Assembly (NCBI GenBank): GCA_033763415.1 | Contig: JANRKP010000031.1 | Coordinates: 10,202 to 74,201, forward strand | Length of the DNA stretch: 64,000 nt | Source of the DNA: Candidatus Melainabacteria bacterium | Lineage (GTDB): Bacteria; Cyanobacteriota; Vampirovibrionia; Vampirovibrionales; JAJTHC01 | Direction of reading: 5' to 3' | In this document: piece by piece, positions 37,701-48,657 of the stretch | Numbering within the stretch: the first letter of the stretch is position 1 | Layout of the letters: each line of letters starts with the position of its first letter | The notes under the pieces: model-generated | What the model saw: only the letters and a program-made list of their open reading frames with translations | What the model was told of the DNA's origin: nothing | The model's database searches: none | Made by a program: the position numbers and the translations under genes

Positions 37701-40493
37701 TTATTTACTTCCCTTGGACTGTCTGCCCGAAGCGGTTTTACGGCTAACAGAAGCACCTTTGGCCTTGCCAACAGTGGAGCCACCCGATTTTGATGCGCTG
37801 CCCACCGCAGCCGGGCTCTTTTTACTGCCCGTTTTAGCACCTGCCTTCGTGCCTGTTGTTTTGCCTGCGGCCTTATCGGCTTCCTCTCGCCCGAGTTTGG
37901 CCTCAATCAGTTCAATGGCCTGCTCCAGCGTGACCGATTCTGGATCCGTCCCCTTGGGCAGGGTAACATTCAGTTTTTGGTAATGAATGTAAAAGCCAAA
38001 GCGGCCCTTCTGCACCGTGACCGGGTGTTTCTTGTGCTCTCCAAGCGGCAGGGTCTTTTTACCGCTCTGGGCAATCAACTCCAGCGCCCGAGGCAGATCA
38101 ACCGTCAGCACATTGTCTTCCTTTTTAAGCGAAACAAAGGTGCTGGCCATCTTAACATAGGGGCCAAAGCGTCCCAGGCCCGCATAAATCAACTCGCCAC
38201 TCTCTGGGTGGGGCCCCAATTCTCGCGGAAGGGCTAGCAGGGCCAAGGCTTTCTCCAGGGTGACTTCCCCAGGCGGTAAATCCCTGGGCAAGGAAACCCG
38301 CTTGGGCTTGACCTTGGGCGTTTTTTTTCGGGTTTTCTTGGCCTTGGTTGCCTTTTTGCCGTTTTCATCACCCGAGGCCTCCTCGGCTGGCTTTTCGTCC
38401 GTTTCAGTGGCTTCTGCTTCGCCCAGCTGTACGTAGTAGCCGTAGGGGCCACGGTTTAAACTGACCGGCTTTCCGCTGTCTGGGTCTTCGCCCAGGTGGG
38501 TGGGGCCTGCCGCCGTAAAGTCTTCTGTACCACCTTCGCCCGCCTGTCCACCATCCATGACCTTAAACTGGCGCGTGAGTTTACAGGTTGGATAGTTGGA
38601 ACAGCCAATAAAACCGCCAAATCGGCCCAACTTTAGGGCCAGGCGACCCGTTTGGCAGGCCGGGCACTGCCTCGGATCGGATCCATCCGGCAGGGCAGGG
38701 AAAAAGTGATTGGCCAACGCCGCATCCAGCGTATCCAGCACCTGACTGATGGTTAAGTCCTTGGTTCCGTCAATGGCCTGCTTAAACTGGCCCCAAAACT
38801 CTCGTAGCACGGCCTGCCACTGGAGTCGCTGCTCGGTTATTTCATCCAACTGGGTTTCCAGGTCCGCCGTGTAGTGATACTGCACGTATTTTTCAAAAAA
38901 GTTGGTTAAAAACGTGGTGACCAAACGGCCCCGCACTTCCGGCGTGAACCGACGGCTCTCCATCGTCACGTAGTTCCGATCCTGGAGAATGCGAATAATA
39001 CTGGCGTAAGTGGAAGGACGGCCAATGCCCAGTTCTTCCAGGCGTTTTACCAGGCTGGCTTCGGTAAAGCGCGGCGGGGGCTTGGTAAAGTGCTGTTCCG
39101 GCAGCACGGCCAAACGGGTTAAGTCCTGTCCCACTTCCATTTTAGGAAGCCGACGGTCCTCCTCGCCCCCTTCCTGGCTCTCTTCTGACGAATCGTCGCG
39201 ACCTTCTTGGTACAGGCGGTAAAAACCGTCGAAAACCACCACGGAACCCGTCGCACGGACTACGGCGGCCTGATCGTGGGTGACAATATCCACACTCACC
39301 TGGTCCAGCACCGCATTTTCCATTTGGCTGGCCAGCGCCCGCTTCCAGATCAGTTCGTACAGCTTGAACTGATCTTCTGTTAAGTACGTGCGCACATCCC
39401 CGGGTTTACGAAAAATATCCGTGGGACGAATGGCCTCGTGCGCCTCTTGTGCGTTTTTTGCTTTGGATTTGTATGTGCGCGGGCTGGGCGGTAGGTAGTT
39501 GGGGCCATAATCCTGACGAATGAACTGCCGCATGGCCTGCACGGCCTCTTCCGACAGGTTGACGCCATCGGTTCTCATATAGGTGATTAAACCCACCTGT
39601 TCGCCACCCAGATTGACGCCTTCGTATAACTTTTGCGCAACCTGCATGGTGCGAGAGGCGCCAAAGCCCAGCTTTCGAGAGGCTTCCTGCTGAAGGGTAG
39701 AAGTAATAAACGGCGGCTGCGGATTGCGCCGAACCGTTTTCGGTTCGATGCTCTTAACCCGGTAAGCGGCCTGCTCCAGCACATCCACCGCCCGCTGAGC
39801 GTCCTGCTGGTTGCCCAGGGTGAGCCGATCGATTTTTTGGCCGTTGAACTGAACCAGGTGCGCGGTAAACGTTTGCGCCTGTGGCGTTTGCAGTTTTACA
39901 TCCACAGACCAGTATTCCTGGGTTTTAAAGTCTTCTATCTCGGCCTCTCGCTCACAAATTAAGCGTAACGCCACAGATTGGACCCGGCCTGCCGAACGAC
40001 TGCCCGGAAGCTTTCTCCACAATACGGGCGACAGGGTAAAACCCACCAGATAATCGAGCGCGCGACGGGCCATGTAGGCATCCACCAGGGCGTTGTCAAT
40101 GTCTCGCGGGGCATTCATGGCGGCCAGCACGGCTTTTTTAGTAATTTCGTTAAAAACCACGCGCCGCACCGGCTTGGCATCCACCACACCGGCCGCTTTC
40201 AGCACTTCCAGTACGTGCCAGGAAATGGCCTCTCCTTCCCGGTCCGGGTCGGTGGCCAGAATGAGCGCGTCTGCCTTTTTCACTTCGCGGGCAATTTCAT
40301 CCACCCGCTTTTTGGCCTTGGGCTCCATGTCCCAAAGCATTGCAAAGTCCTGATCCGGATCGACGGACCCGTTTTTGGCTGGCAGATCCCGAATGTGGCC
40401 GTAACTGGCCAGAACGGTGTAATCTTTCCCCAAATATTTGTTGATTGTTTCCGCTTTGGCGGGAGATTCTACAATAACAACCTGTTTTGACAT
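37701..40493 (-). CDS. topA: DNA topoisomerase I
   Basis: Toprim VVIVESPAKA, the LITYMRTDG catalytic Tyr region, a Zn ribbon (CPACQTG..GCSNYPTC) and Lys-rich C-terminal tails. Confidence 0.95.
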   Translation of the reverse strand: MSKQVVIVESPAKAETINKYLGKDYTVLASYGHIRDLPAKNGSVDPDQDFAMLWDMEPKAKKRVDEIAREVKKADALILATDPDREGEAISWHVLEVLKAAGVVDAKPVRRVVFNEITKKAVLAAMNAPRDIDNALVDAYMARRALDYLVGFTLSPVLWRKLPGSRSAGRVQSVALRLICEREAEIEDFKTQEYWSVDVKLQTPQAQTFTAHLVQFNGQKIDRLTLGNQQDAQRAVDVLEQAAYRVKSIEPKTVRRNPQPPFITSTLQQEASRKLGFGASRTMQVAQKLYEGVNLGGEQVGLITYMRTDGVNLSEEAVQAMRQFIRQDYGPNYLPPSPRTYKSKAKNAQEAHEAIRPTDIFRKPGDVRTYLTEDQFKLYELIWKRALASQMENAVLDQVSVDIVTHDQAAVVRATGSVVVFDGFYRLYQEGRDDSSEESQEGGEEDRRLPKMEVGQDLTRLAVLPEQHFTKPPPRFTEASLVKRLEELGIGRPSTYASIIRILQDRNYVTMESRRFTPEVRGRLVTTFLTNFFEKYVQYHYTADLETQLDEITEQRLQWQAVLREFWGQFKQAIDGTKDLTISQVLDTLDAALANHFFPALPDGSDPRQCPACQTGRLALKLGRFGGFIGCSNYPTCKLTRQFKVMDGGQAGEGGTEDFTAAGPTHLGEDPDSGKPVSLNRGPYGYYVQLGEAEATETDEKPAEEASGDENGKKATKAKKTRKKTPKVKPKRVSLPRDLPPGEVTLEKALALLALPRELGPHPESGELIYAGLGRFGPYVKMASTFVSLKKEDNVLTVDLPRALELIAQSGKKTLPLGEHKKHPVTVQKGRFGFYIHYQKLNVTLPKGTDPESVTLEQAIELIEAKLGREEADKAAGKTTGTKAGAKTGSKKSPAAVGSASKSGGSTVGKAKGASVSRKTASGRQSKGSK

Positions 40494-40679
40494 TCAGTGG
40501 GCTCTGCCTTAAGCGTGGATGCTAACAACGGAGAGTGCGGACATTCGTACCAGTCAATTGAACGAAACTGTTAACTTATACCACGGCTTGTCAAGCTGTT
40601 ACCAGATGAGGGCAATATCTCCCGATTTTACAATTTAGGTTACAAGGGGCGGTTACATGGGCGCCCGCAATGGCGACGC

Positions 40680-40712
40680 AGAGAGAGGAGAGAGAGAGTG
40701 TGTGTGTGTGTG
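40680..40712. repeat. compound dinucleotide microsatellite (GA-rich tract followed by (TG)7)
   Basis: AGAGAGAGGAGAGAGAGAG then TGTGTGTGTGTGTG, in the divergent topA / 40947 intergenic region. Confidence 0.95.
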
Positions 40713-40749
40713 GCCCCCCGCCGATGGATTCGCCCTGCCAAAGCAAGGC

Positions 40750-40773
40750 AATGCATAAAGCGATGCACAAAGG
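40750..40773. repeat. 12-nt x2 imperfect tandem repeat
   Basis: AATGCATAAAGC / GATGCACAAAGG. Confidence 0.7.
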
Positions 40774-40946
40774 TATGATGCTTTCGTACTTGTCTTTTGG
40801 GGTGGCTTCCTTTTCAATAGCGGAGTATTTCGGTGTTTTTTGGGCAACGCCGCCTTTCCTGAATCCAAAAACGGGTTGTAAAAATAGCCCTGTTTTCCTG
40901 TTGAGGTTGTGAGCAGACTATCTGGAAAAGGATCTTCGTTTACCGC

Positions 40947-42521
40947 ATGCAATTACCATCGCGTGTATCGTACAAGCCATTGTCTCAGCCAATTTCGGCC
41001 ATACAGACCTTGCCAGCGTACCATCTGCGCTTTGGGGTCATTGAGCGCGCAGGTCGTGAGTCGCCAGACCCAGAGTCATCTCCAGAGCCATCCCCAGAGA
41101 AAGATCCGAAGCATACAGACACCTTTGAGCGCCATTCGCCAGAGACGTTGCCAGAAGACCGCTCCACGCAGGACCGTTTATCACTATCCAACTCCTCCGG
41201 CAGGGACTACAGCCCGGATTTTCATCGCACTGTTCGGCAACTTAATACGGGGGGCTTTCTTTTTCTGGGCCTGCTAAGTGCCGGGCTTGTAAGCATTTTG
41301 GGTATGACGGCTTTTGGCGGTGGACATTCGACTGTTCAGGGAGAGGGGTTGGAGCCGTGCCCGGCCGACTTGACAACAGAAACCCTCAAGCAGGGCGATG
41401 TGCCCGACTGCTTGCTAACGGCCAAGCAGCAGGCCGCCTTAATGCGCCAGATGCAGGAAGAATTCCAGCAACAACTGCTGGCCGAACGCACCAGACACCC
41501 ATCCCCACATTTAACGGAAACCGTGCCACCCAACGCGGCCGTGGCGCAGGCCCCCAGAACCGCACCGGATCTGTCGGCGCCCACCCTGCCACAGCCCAAT
41601 GCACAACCGAACGCCTCCGTTAGTCCCAATCCGCAACCGACGACTGCCGCGCCCGTGGCCCCGGTATTAACCAGCGGAAAACTGCAACCCCGAACTGAAC
41701 TGGTGGCCAAGCTGGCGGTAAAAGGCCAGGAGACGCAGAACGCGCTGATGGAGGTGGACTCGACCCCCAGTGGCCGGGCGCTGATTAACTATGTGGTGCA
41801 GTGCTCGGATCGAATTCAGCAGCACAGCCAACGCATTATTGACATTACCGAGAACCGGCAAAACAACGCCTCCTGGAATCCGGGCAAGCTAACCATTACC
41901 TTGGGCACGGGCATGCCGGAGGCGGATCTTCCAACCTACCGCGCACAACCGCGCTATAACGTGTTGGCGCACGAACTAACCCACGCGGCCCTGTTCTGTA
42001 GTGTTTTGGAAGAGGTGCTGACCAGCCAGAGCTCTGGCCAGTTGCAGCGGGCCATGCAAATGAAAGATTCTCTGTTCAGTGGCCTGGAAGAGTTTCTGTG
42101 CGATTTCCCGGCGTGGCGCGTGTATTATGAACTGCGTGGGGAAACGTACGATTACGACAAGGTGCTAAACAGCATTGTCACCAACCGGGTACATCCTCAG
42201 GGAGGCTCTTTGCAGGGTTACATAGACAAACGCGGCAACCGACGCGGAGGAGCCAGAGACATTCGAGAGGAGCTACTCAACTACGCCCAAAAAATGGTGG
42301 ACCCTCAAACCAAGACGGCGGTTCTTCCCGCTGACTGGTTTCCTAAAATCAAAAACACCCTGCAACAGGCCGAGCAGATTACCTCCACGGCCACGGGCCA
42401 AATTGCAACCGATCCCTCCGCTGCACCGGGAACTACACCGGGCCGTTCATCCCGAAGGGAACTCCCGCAGCAGCCCTTACCTCCGCCGGTGGATCCATTT
42501 TCACGGCCGCGACGTTTTTAA
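40947..42521 (+). CDS. hypothetical bitopic membrane protein with C-terminal HExxH (putative zinc metalloprotease) domain
   Basis: A ~105-aa N-domain is followed by a TM (GGFLFLGLLSAGLVSILGMTAFGG), a Pro/Ala/Gln-rich linker, and a globular domain with GKLTITLGTG..YNVLAHELTHAAL. This loosely resembles effector-type M91/NleD-like proteases. Confidence 0.55.
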   Translation: MQLPSRVSYKPLSQPISAIQTLPAYHLRFGVIERAGRESPDPESSPEPSPEKDPKHTDTFERHSPETLPEDRSTQDRLSLSNSSGRDYSPDFHRTVRQLNTGGFLFLGLLSAGLVSILGMTAFGGGHSTVQGEGLEPCPADLTTETLKQGDVPDCLLTAKQQAALMRQMQEEFQQQLLAERTRHPSPHLTETVPPNAAVAQAPRTAPDLSAPTLPQPNAQPNASVSPNPQPTTAAPVAPVLTSGKLQPRTELVAKLAVKGQETQNALMEVDSTPSGRALINYVVQCSDRIQQHSQRIIDITENRQNNASWNPGKLTITLGTGMPEADLPTYRAQPRYNVLAHELTHAALFCSVLEEVLTSQSSGQLQRAMQMKDSLFSGLEEFLCDFPAWRVYYELRGETYDYDKVLNSIVTNRVHPQGGSLQGYIDKRGNRRGGARDIREELLNYAQKMVDPQTKTAVLPADWFPKIKNTLQQAEQITSTATGQIATDPSAAPGTTPGRSSRRELPQQPLPPPVDPFSRPRRF

Positions 42522-42748
42522 ACAGTTGGCTTGCTTGCATCTTGCGTGTGTTCTCCATAGAGTAGCGGTCGGTAACCATTGTTTTACCGTATCGTTTCCC
42601 GTATTGTTGTTCGCATCCGTTTTTTAGGTTTTGCGCTGACGTTTTCTGCCGATTCGACCTCTCAAACGATCATCGGCAACCGTGTCGCCAATCCGTTTAT
42701 GGCGACAAATGGCGGCAAGCAATTAATGGGCTCAAAGACGACCCTGTT

Positions 42749-43606
42749 GTGTTGGAGGAACTCCGTATGTTGACATCCGAGCAAACGTCCAATCTTCATC
42801 CAGAGGCGGACGAAACCCCTGCGGATTTTTGTCGGGGCCTGCTGGCCGGGCAAACCGGTATTATTTTTGGCGTGGCGCACAAGTCCAGCATTGCCTGGGC
42901 CATTGCCCAGTCGTTATCGGCGGCGGGGATGCGGCTGGCCTTTACCTACCAGGGCGAACGTTTGGAAGAAAACGTGCGAGAACTGGCCGGTACGCTGGAA
43001 GGCGCTTTGATTTTGCCCTGCGATGTGACGGATGATGCGCAGATAGAACAGGTGTTTGGTGCGCTGCGGGAAGAGTTTGGCCGCTTGGATACGCTGGTGC
43101 ATAGCGTTGCGTTTGCCAAAAAAGAGGACTTGTCCGGCGCGTTTTCCGAGACGTCTCGCGATGGTTACCTGCTGGCTCAAAACATCAGCGCGTACTCGTT
43201 AACCGCCCTCACTCGCCACGCCGTGCCAATGTTTGAGCAATCCGGTGGCGGCAGCGTGATTACACTGACCTACCTGGGTGGCGAACGGGTGGTGAAGAAT
43301 TACAACGTGATGGGTGTGGCCAAGGCCGCGCTGGAAATGAGCGTGCGTTACCTGGCCGCGGATTTGGGCCCGAAAAACATTCGGGTCAATGCCATTTCCG
43401 CCGGGCCTATTAAAACACTGGCGGCCCGGGGCATTAGTGGATTTTCCACCATTACGGATCATATGAAGGAAGTGGCCCCCCTGCGCCGCAACGTGGAAGC
43501 TCGCGAAGTGGGCGATACGGCTCTGTTTTTGGCCAGCCCGTTGTCTCGTGGCATTACGGGCGAAGTCATTCACGTTGACGCCGGTTTCCACGCCCTGGCC
43601 TTTTAG
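42749..43606 (+). CDS. fabI: enoyl-[acyl-carrier-protein] reductase (NADH), FabI
   Basis: [30 protein letters not shown] (Tyr-x6-Lys) and [10 protein letters not shown]. Confidence 0.9.
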   Translation: MLEELRMLTSEQTSNLHPEADETPADFCRGLLAGQTGIIFGVAHKSSIAWAIAQSLSAAGMRLAFTYQGERLEENVRELAGTLEGALILPCDVTDDAQIEQVFGALREEFGRLDTLVHSVAFAKKEDLSGAFSETSRDGYLLAQNISAYSLTALTRHAVPMFEQSGGGSVITLTYLGGERVVKNYNVMGVAKAALEMSVRYLAADLGPKNIRVNAISAGPIKTLAARGISGFSTITDHMKEVAPLRRNVEAREVGDTALFLASPLSRGITGEVIHVDAGFHALAF

Positions 43607-43617
43607 CTTGCCCCCCT

Positions 43618-46560
43618 ATGCGATGGATTGAGATCCGCGGCGCTCGGGTGAACAACCTGAAGTCGCTTTGCTGCAAAATTCCACACGACCGGCTGACGGT
43701 GATTACCGGCCCTTCCGGCTCGGGCAAGTCATCGTTGGCTTTTGACACGCTGTATGCGGAAGGCCAACGACGCTATATCGAGTCAATGTCTGCCTACGCC
43801 CGCCAGTTTTTAGAGCGGATTCAAAAGCCGGACGTGGAGCATATTAGCCACATTTTGCCAGCCATTGCGCTGGAGCAGAAAAACCGGGTTAAAAATGCCC
43901 GTTCCACGGTGGGCACCGCCACCGATGTGGATGATCTGCTCCGGCTTTGGTTTGCTCGGCTGGGCCAAACGCATTGCCACCACTGTGGTGGCCAGAGAGT
44001 TCAGTTGGTGACGGCAGACACCGTCAGCAATCTTCTGGCGGAATCCTTACAGCAAACGGAACGAGGTAGCCTGCGGCTGGTCATTACCGCGCCGGTTCGC
44101 CTGTCCGTTGACTGTACGCTGGCTGACCTGGTTGAGAAAGGCTTCTTTCGCTACCAGGACCAAGCAGGGGCCTTGACTGAGTTCTCGGCAGATCCCACCA
44201 GTGTGCCGGAACCCATCCGGGACGGGACGGAACCGCTTGCGGTGGTGATTGATCGACTGGCGCTTAAACGGTCCGCCTCTGGCGTGCTGGATACCGGGAC
44301 CCGGCAGCGTTTACGAGAGGCGGTGGACAGTGCTTTTCGCCTTACAAAAGGCCGGGTAACGCTTTGGAATGTATCCCAGGAAAATTCGTCTCCGCAGCCC
44401 GAGGCCGAGCCCACTGTACGCCCAATGCAAACCTTCCAGCAGGGCTATTCCTGCCCGGATTGCGGCGCGACACACAAGGCGCCCACGCCCGAGCTGTTTT
44501 CGTTCAATCACCCCACGGGGGCCTGTCCCACCTGCGAAGGTTTCGGGCGGATTATGGGCCTGGATATGGACCGGGTCATTCCCAACAAGGAGCTTAGCCT
44601 TTCTGGCGGAGCCATTCATCCGTTTACCACGCCCGCCAACCAGGAACTCCAAGCCATGCTGGAGCAGGAAGCTCGCCAGCAGGGGGTTCGGCTGAACGTG
44701 CCCTACCGGGAGCTGACGGACGAAGAGCGCCAGTTTGTGATGAATGGCGGGGGCGGTCAGTACCCCGGTATCCGGCCCTTTTTTGAATGGCTGGAAAGCA
44801 AACGATACAAGGTCCATGTGCGAATGACCCTGGCCCGTTATCGTGGTTTTTACGAGTGCCCCGACTGCCAGGGGGCGCGGATTCGCCCGGAAGGCCTTCG
44901 GGTTTATTTTCGTGGCAAGCACTATGCCGATTTACAACAGATGCCAAGCCACGCGCTGCTTCATTTTTTCGAATCGCTTGCCCTTAGCGAGACGGAACAG
45001 GCCATTGCGCACCGTCTCTTGCCCGATATCCTCAGCCGCCTACGCTACCTGAACCAGGTGGGGCTGGGCTACCTGACGCTCGGGCGTGCATCTCGAACCC
45101 TGTCAGGTGGTGAATCGCAGCGGATTCATTTGGCTGCGGCCTTGGGCACGATGCTGACGGATACCCTGTATGTGCTGGATGAACCGACGGTCGGTCTCCA
45201 CGCGCGGGATACCGACCGGCTGCTCCAGGTGTTGAAATCCTTAAGAGACCACGGCAACACGCTGGTGGTGGTGGAGCACGACCCGGATGTGATTCGCGGA
45301 GCGGATCATCTGATTGATATTGGCCCCGGCAGTGGCGAGCAGGGCGGGCGCATTGTCTATGAGGGAGATGTGGCCGGATTGCTCACCACGGGCTATTCCG
45401 CCACCGCGTGCTACTTGCGCGGGGAGTCTTTGCCTCAGGGGCTGGTTTCGCAGCCACGGCCCGCCAGTCCCGCCTCTGCGCCCGTGGTCATTCGGCGCGC
45501 CCAGGGCAACAATCTTCAGGGAGTTACCGCAACCATTCCAAGCGGTCAACTGGTCTGTGTGACAGGCGTTTCCGGCTCAGGGAAATCCACCCTCATCAAG
45601 CAAACGCTCTTTGCCCTGTACGAGCAGTCTCAAAGCCGTTTACCCAGCGAAACCCCCGCCCCGTGCGATGCCATTGAGGGTTTGGAACAGTTTGCCGAAG
45701 TGATTTTGGTGGATCAAAGCCCGCCGGGCCGCTCCTTGCGCTCAAACCCGGTCACCTACGTAAAGGCCTACGACGACATTCGGACCTTGTTGGCCCAAAC
45801 CCGGCAGGCCCAAACACAGGGCATCACGGCTTCGGATTTTTCGTTCAACACGGTGGGCGGGCGCTGCGAAACCTGCGAAGGGCTGGGAACGGTTACCGTG
45901 GACATGCAGTTTATGGCCGATGTGGAAATGGTGTGCCCGGATTGCCACGGAAAACGCTTTACCCCGGGGGTGCTGGCCATTGAATGGATGGAGAAAAACA
46001 TTTTCGACATCCTTCAGTTAACGGTCGCGTCGGCGTTGGAGTTTTTTCAAACCCAGCCTAAAATCGTGCGGAAGCTCCAACCTTTGGTGAACATTGGCCT
46101 GGGCTACCTGCGCTTGGGTCAGTCTACGGCCACACTTTCCGGCGGGGAGGCGCAACGGCTTAAGCTGTGCAGCTATCTTCAGTCGGCAGCGCCCGCAGAA
46201 CCCAAGGCTGTGCGTGGAAAAACGGCTAATAAAGCGGTTACAGTGGCGCAACAGCCCAACCTGTTTTTGTTTGATGAGCCAACCACCGGCCTGCATATGG
46301 CGGATGTGGACGTGCTGATGGGAGCGTTTCGTCAGCTGATTGCCGCCGGACATTCCGTGGTGGTGATTGAACACAACCTGGATGTGATTGCCCAGGCAGA
46401 CACCGTGTTAGACCTTGGCCCCGGCGGTGGAGAGCAGGGCGGGCAGTTGGTTTTTTGCGGTTCCGTGGCAGCTCTCTGCCAAGACCAGAACAGCGTTACA
46501 GGCGCCTACCTGCAAAAGCACCTTCAGGCCAGGCAAGGGTGTGCGGCCCCGGTTGGCTAG
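43618..46560 (+). CDS. uvrA: excinuclease ABC subunit A (UvrA family)
   Basis: [34 protein letters not shown], a second Walker [11 protein letters not shown], signatures [11 protein letters not shown] and [11 protein letters not shown], and Zn modules [15 protein letters not shown] and CETCEG..CPDCHG. I cannot exclude a UvrA paralog. Confidence 0.85.
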   Translation: MRWIEIRGARVNNLKSLCCKIPHDRLTVITGPSGSGKSSLAFDTLYAEGQRRYIESMSAYARQFLERIQKPDVEHISHILPAIALEQKNRVKNARSTVGTATDVDDLLRLWFARLGQTHCHHCGGQRVQLVTADTVSNLLAESLQQTERGSLRLVITAPVRLSVDCTLADLVEKGFFRYQDQAGALTEFSADPTSVPEPIRDGTEPLAVVIDRLALKRSASGVLDTGTRQRLREAVDSAFRLTKGRVTLWNVSQENSSPQPEAEPTVRPMQTFQQGYSCPDCGATHKAPTPELFSFNHPTGACPTCEGFGRIMGLDMDRVIPNKELSLSGGAIHPFTTPANQELQAMLEQEARQQGVRLNVPYRELTDEERQFVMNGGGGQYPGIRPFFEWLESKRYKVHVRMTLARYRGFYECPDCQGARIRPEGLRVYFRGKHYADLQQMPSHALLHFFESLALSETEQAIAHRLLPDILSRLRYLNQVGLGYLTLGRASRTLSGGESQRIHLAAALGTMLTDTLYVLDEPTVGLHARDTDRLLQVLKSLRDHGNTLVVVEHDPDVIRGADHLIDIGPGSGEQGGRIVYEGDVAGLLTTGYSATACYLRGESLPQGLVSQPRPASPASAPVVIRRAQGNNLQGVTATIPSGQLVCVTGVSGSGKSTLIKQTLFALYEQSQSRLPSETPAPCDAIEGLEQFAEVILVDQSPPGRSLRSNPVTYVKAYDDIRTLLAQTRQAQTQGITASDFSFNTVGGRCETCEGLGTVTVDMQFMADVEMVCPDCHGKRFTPGVLAIEWMEKNIFDILQLTVASALEFFQTQPKIVRKLQPLVNIGLGYLRLGQSTATLSGGEAQRLKLCSYLQSAAPAEPKAVRGKTANKAVTVAQQPNLFLFDEPTTGLHMADVDVLMGAFRQLIAAGHSVVVIEHNLDVIAQADTVLDLGPGGGEQGGQLVFCGSVAALCQDQNSVTGAYLQKHLQARQGCAAPVG

Positions 46561-46566
46561 CTCGTG

Positions 46567-46715
46567 TCGATATTCGGCGTCTTCACGGGCATTTTCGGTG
46601 TTGTTGCCTTCAATGCCTGTAGCAACCAACCTTCGGTTTGCTTTGCTCAAACTCTTGCCAAAAGGCCCTACTTTTTGCGCCAACAGTATTTTTTCGCTAT
46701 GCTCAACGTATTATT
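46567..46715 (-). repeat. dispersed intergenic repeat, copy E (diverged)
   Basis: GATATTCGGCGTCTTCACGGGCATTTTCGGTGTTGTTGCC matches the GACATTCAGCGTC..TTTTTGCTGTTGTTGC block of copies B and C. The remainder is only loosely alignable. It starts 7 nt after the uvrA stop. Confidence 0.5.
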
Positions 46716-46743
46716 AACCTGCCTGTAGGAAATGTGTTCCCCG

Positions 46744-48240
46744 ATGAGACTTGCCAAAATGATCGCCACGGTTGGCCCAGCCAGCCGTTCCCCAGAAGTG
46801 ATGAAAGCGCTGATTGAAGCCGGTGTGGATGTGTTCCGCCTTAACTTTTCTCATGCGCAACAGTACGAAACGTTGGCAGAGACCGTGCGGCAAATCCGAG
46901 AGCTCTCCGCCTCGCTGAACCGAACAGTGGCCATTTTGGGCGATTTGCAGGGGCCTAAATTTCGCGTGGGAACCTTTGTGGATCATGAGCCCATTTCGTT
47001 AACAAACGGCAGTTTGGTCCGCCTTGCCTACGACCGGGAGCCTGGAGACCCGGAGCAGATTAACACGCCCAGCCAAGAGTTGTTGGAATCCCTGGTGGAA
47101 GGTAGCCAGATACTGCTGGATGATGGCAACTTGGAGCTGACCGTCGTGGAACGTGTCAGTCCACACAAAGTGGTGTGCCGCGTGGAAGTCGGGGGCCTAC
47201 TAAAGGAGAAAAAGGGCATTAACGTGCCCGGGGTTAAAATCAACATTCCCGCCATGACGGAAAAAGACCGGGAGGACGCCCGCTTTGCCCTGTCTGTTGG
47301 GGTGGATTGGTTGGCGTTGTCCTTTGTGCAGCAGGCAGCCGATGTGGATGAACTGCGCCAGTTCTTGATCGACTCCGGGGCAACGGAAACCACGATTCCC
47401 GGCCTGGTGGCCAAAATTGAAAAGCCCAATGCCCTGTTGGATATTGACGCGATTCTTCTGACAGCCGATGCCATTATGGTTGCCCGTGGAGATCTTGGCG
47501 TGGAGCTGCGGCCCGAATGTGTTCCTGTGACCCAGAAGCTTTTGATTGCCAAAGCCAACGAGTATGAAAAGCCCGTAATTACCGCCACGCAAATGCTGGA
47601 GTCGATGATCCAGTCGCCCACGCCCACCCGGGCGGAAGTGTCTGACGTGGCCAACGCCGTGATTGATGGCAGCGATGCCGTGATGCTGTCTGCCGAAACG
47701 GCGGTGGGACAGTACCCGGTAGAGGCGGTTAAGGTGATGGCCCGGATTATTATTGAGGCGGAAAAACAGCTCCCCATCTGGCACCGGGAAGACAGCCGCA
47801 GCCGGTTGATGATGGAGCCGGATGCCATACATGGGCTGGAATTCCATGAAACCATCGCCCGCACGGCGGCCCTGGCCGCGCAGCGAGCAAACGCTGACGC
47901 AATTGTAGTTCTCTCTATGTCGGGTCGAATGGCCACCCGGGTCTCCAAATGCAAGCCGCATCGGCCCATTTTGGCCCTGGCCCCGGATGCCCGCATTTGT
48001 CGAAAAATGACGCTGCTGTGGGGCGTGTACCCACTCCTGGTGTCGCCGGTGGATAATTCGGATGAAATGCTGCACCAGGCGGAACTGGCCATTGCGCGCT
48101 ACAATTACTTAAGCACCGATGCCCCGATTGTCTTTTGCGCGGGCAAGACGCCGCTGCCGGGCCTTTCCAACACCCTCAAGCTGTACCGCTACGGTACGGC
48201 CACCCGCCAAAAAATGGCGTTGGAAACCTGCAACGTATAG
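46744..48240 (+). CDS. pyk: pyruvate kinase
   Basis: KMIATVGPAS, FRLNFSHA, MVARGDLGVE and ITATQMLESM. ATG 46744 or 46732. Confidence 0.9.
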   Translation: MRLAKMIATVGPASRSPEVMKALIEAGVDVFRLNFSHAQQYETLAETVRQIRELSASLNRTVAILGDLQGPKFRVGTFVDHEPISLTNGSLVRLAYDREPGDPEQINTPSQELLESLVEGSQILLDDGNLELTVVERVSPHKVVCRVEVGGLLKEKKGINVPGVKINIPAMTEKDREDARFALSVGVDWLALSFVQQAADVDELRQFLIDSGATETTIPGLVAKIEKPNALLDIDAILLTADAIMVARGDLGVELRPECVPVTQKLLIAKANEYEKPVITATQMLESMIQSPTPTRAEVSDVANAVIDGSDAVMLSAETAVGQYPVEAVKVMARIIIEAEKQLPIWHREDSRSRLMMEPDAIHGLEFHETIARTAALAAQRANADAIVVLSMSGRMATRVSKCKPHRPILALAPDARICRKMTLLWGVYPLLVSPVDNSDEMLHQAELAIARYNYLSTDAPIVFCAGKTPLPGLSNTLKLYRYGTATRQKMALETCNV

Positions 48241-48657
48241 CAGTCCCCATCGTTCCTGCCCGAGAAGGCGCTTTTTGCACAGAGCTGCTGGCTGGGGCGG
48301 TGCCATGTTGCTACGGTTGTGGGCGTTGGGCCGAAAAGAGTGCTTTGCAAATATGTTGAACCCAATAAACAAGGGTTCGGATACCCCAGATCATGTTTCC
48401 ACAGGTCACACTTTTAAATGGATGGGCGTCATACTGTTCATCAGCATCCTTTACGGCTTGTTTAAGCGTTGTATGCAATACCCGAAACACATTGGACGCT
48501 TTGCCGGGTTTACCAGAGGTTGATTGACCGCAAAAGCGATCCGTTTCTGGAGCGGTCACAAGTTTATCGTTCACACGCATTCGTGAGGCGCTTTGCCTCC
48601 CTTTGGGCGCTGAATAAAATGAGGGAAACGGTTGGTAGACAGGCTGATCCATTGCAA

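Noticed and set aside
40653-40952. ORFs 40653..40952 (-) and 40670..40912 (+) spanning the GA/TG microsatellite
   Set aside because: They overlap each other on opposite strands in a divergent promoter region. Their translations are driven by the simple repeats (..HTHTHS.., ..RESVCVCG..), and neither has a start context.
47028-48092. Long minus-strand ORFs (354 and 291 aa) antisense to pyk
   Set aside because: The plus strand carries unambiguous pyruvate kinase motifs. The antisense translations are Ser/Arg/Gly/His-rich low-complexity strings typical of spurious ORFs in GC-rich DNA.
48119-48523. 134-aa ORF downstream of pyk
   Set aside because: It starts inside the pyk 3' end in another frame, runs across a probable degenerate repeat relic, and has no SD or motif.
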